From: Candidatus Rokuibacteriota bacterium
GTDB lineage: Bacteria; Methylomirabilota; Methylomirabilia; Rokubacteriales; CSP1-6
Direction of reading: 5' to 3'
Assembly (NCBI GenBank): GCA_023248995.1
Contig: JAHFDN010000013.1
Location: 194 to 64,193, forward strand
DNA: 64,000 nt
Of this stretch, positions 63,027 through 64,000 are shown piece after piece. Position 1 is the stretch's first letter. Each line of letters begins with the position of its first letter. The notes under the pieces are model-generated. The model made no database searches. It was not told the origin of the DNA and saw only the letters and a list, made by a program, of their open reading frames with translations. The translations under genes and the position numbers were made by a program.

Positions 63027-64000
63027 ATGCCAAGCGCGGACGTCGTCGTCATCGGTGGGGGCGCCAACGGGACCAGCACCGCCTACCACCTCGCCAGCCT
63101 CGGGGTCACGAGCGTCGTCCTCCTCGAGCGGCGTCATCTGGCCGCGGGCGCCACGGGCAAATCGGGCTCGCTCGTCAGGACGCACTACACGAACGAGGCC
63201 GAGTCGCGCCTGGCCTTCGAGAGCCTCAAGGTCTTCCACGACTTCGAAACGCTCGTGGGGGGCCACGCTGGGTTCGAGCGCGTCGGCTTCGTCCAGATCG
63301 TTCCGCGGGGGTACGAGGAGGCGCTCCGCAAGAACGTGGAGCGGCACCGGCGGATCGGGATCGACACGCAGGTGCTCTCGCGGGAAGACCTGGCGCACCT
63401 GCTCCCCGGGTGCTACTCGGACGACGTGGGCGCGGCCGCCTACGAGCCGAGCTCGGGCTTCGCCGATCCCAACGCCACCACCTTCGCCTTCGCCGAAGCG
63501 GCCAGGCGCCTGGGCGTGAGGCTCCACCTGGGCTGCCAGGCCACCCGGATCGTCACCCATCGCGAGCGGGTCGTCGCCGTGGAGACCACCGACGGCCGCT
63601 TGGACACGCCGACGGTCGTCGTCGCGGCCGGCGCCTGGGCAACCCCGCTGCTCGCCCCTCTCGGCCTCGACTGGGGCCTCACCCCGCACCGCGTTCAGGT
63701 CTCGATCTTCCGGTGGCCGCCCGGCTGGAGCCGCCGCCACCCGGCCGTGATCGATGCCATCCACCACTCGTGGCTGCGCCCCGAGGGGGCGGCCTCGACG
63801 CTCGCCGGGGTGGACCTGGGAGTGAAGCACGCCGACCCGGAGTCCCTGGACGAGGGGGTGGACCCGGTGTACGTGGCCCGCTGCCGGGAGAAGCTCGCGG
63901 CGCGCCTGCCGATCTTCGGCGACGCGCCGATGCGCGGCGGCTGGGCCGGCCTGATCATGATGAGCCCCGACGGCCGACCGATCATCGACCAGATCCAGTC
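63027..64000 (+). CDS. FAD-dependent oxidoreductase (DAO / sarcosine oxidase beta-like), 3'-truncated by the window edge
   Basis: MPSADVVVIGGGANGTSTAYHLA, ATGKSGS, VVAAGAW, WAG..MSPDGRPII; TGaTACAAT 10 nt upstream. Confidence 0.88.
   Translation, partial: MPSADVVVIGGGANGTSTAYHLASLGVTSVVLLERRHLAAGATGKSGSLVRTHYTNEAESRLAFESLKVFHDFETLVGGHAGFERVGFVQIVPRGYEEALRKNVERHRRIGIDTQVLSREDLAHLLPGCYSDDVGAAAYEPSSGFADPNATTFAFAEAARRLGVRLHLGCQATRIVTHRERVVAVETTDGRLDTPTVVVAAGAWATPLLAPLGLDWGLTPHRVQVSIFRWPPGWSRRHPAVIDAIHHSWLRPEGAASTLAGVDLGVKHADPESLDEGVDPVYVARCREKLAARLPIFGDAPMRGGWAGLIMMSPDGRPIIDQIQ

Overview
High-GC bacterial chromosomal window, mostly core genome. A diderm envelope (lpxC) combined with Firmicutes-like operon orders is compatible with Candidatus Rokubacteria/Methylomirabilota, but that assignment is an unverified inference. 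Bases 1-44.3 kb are almost all on the + strand: nucleotide-sugar genes; lepA-lepB-hemW-hrcA-grpE-dnaJ-prmA-rsmE-archease (no dnaK); lpxC-DUF4390-like-ntrY-ntrX; a PyrR-attenuated pyr operon with two unexplained genes and a motif-altered hpt; yicC-gmk-rpoZ-coaBC-udg-priA-def-fmt-rsmB-rpe; and ffh-rpsP-rimM-trmD-rplS-rnhB-yraN. Bases 44.3-64 kb are accessory: NRAMP-like transporter, amidase, Liv-type and Dpp-type ABC systems, cupredoxin plus FTR1 iron uptake, two PilZ genes, ATP-grasp, CtaG, amidohydrolase and a FAD oxidoreductase. The most notable observations are: (1) a modular nested-hairpin repeat family whose two long copies sit at [A/G]TGA stop/start overlaps, with flanking direct repeats and a 55-codon mini-ORF spanning each insert; (2) a sigma-54 + IHF + enhancer promoter on lpxC next to a GAFTGA-containing NtrX; (3) sigma-54 promoters on both PilZ genes; (4) a PD-(D/E)XK-like gene coupled to a motif-degenerate Hpt; (5) a DtxR/IdeR-type operator on the iron uptake genes; (6) two probable CTG starts and several leaderless or short-leader genes. 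No tRNA, rRNA, CRISPR array or transposase was seen.
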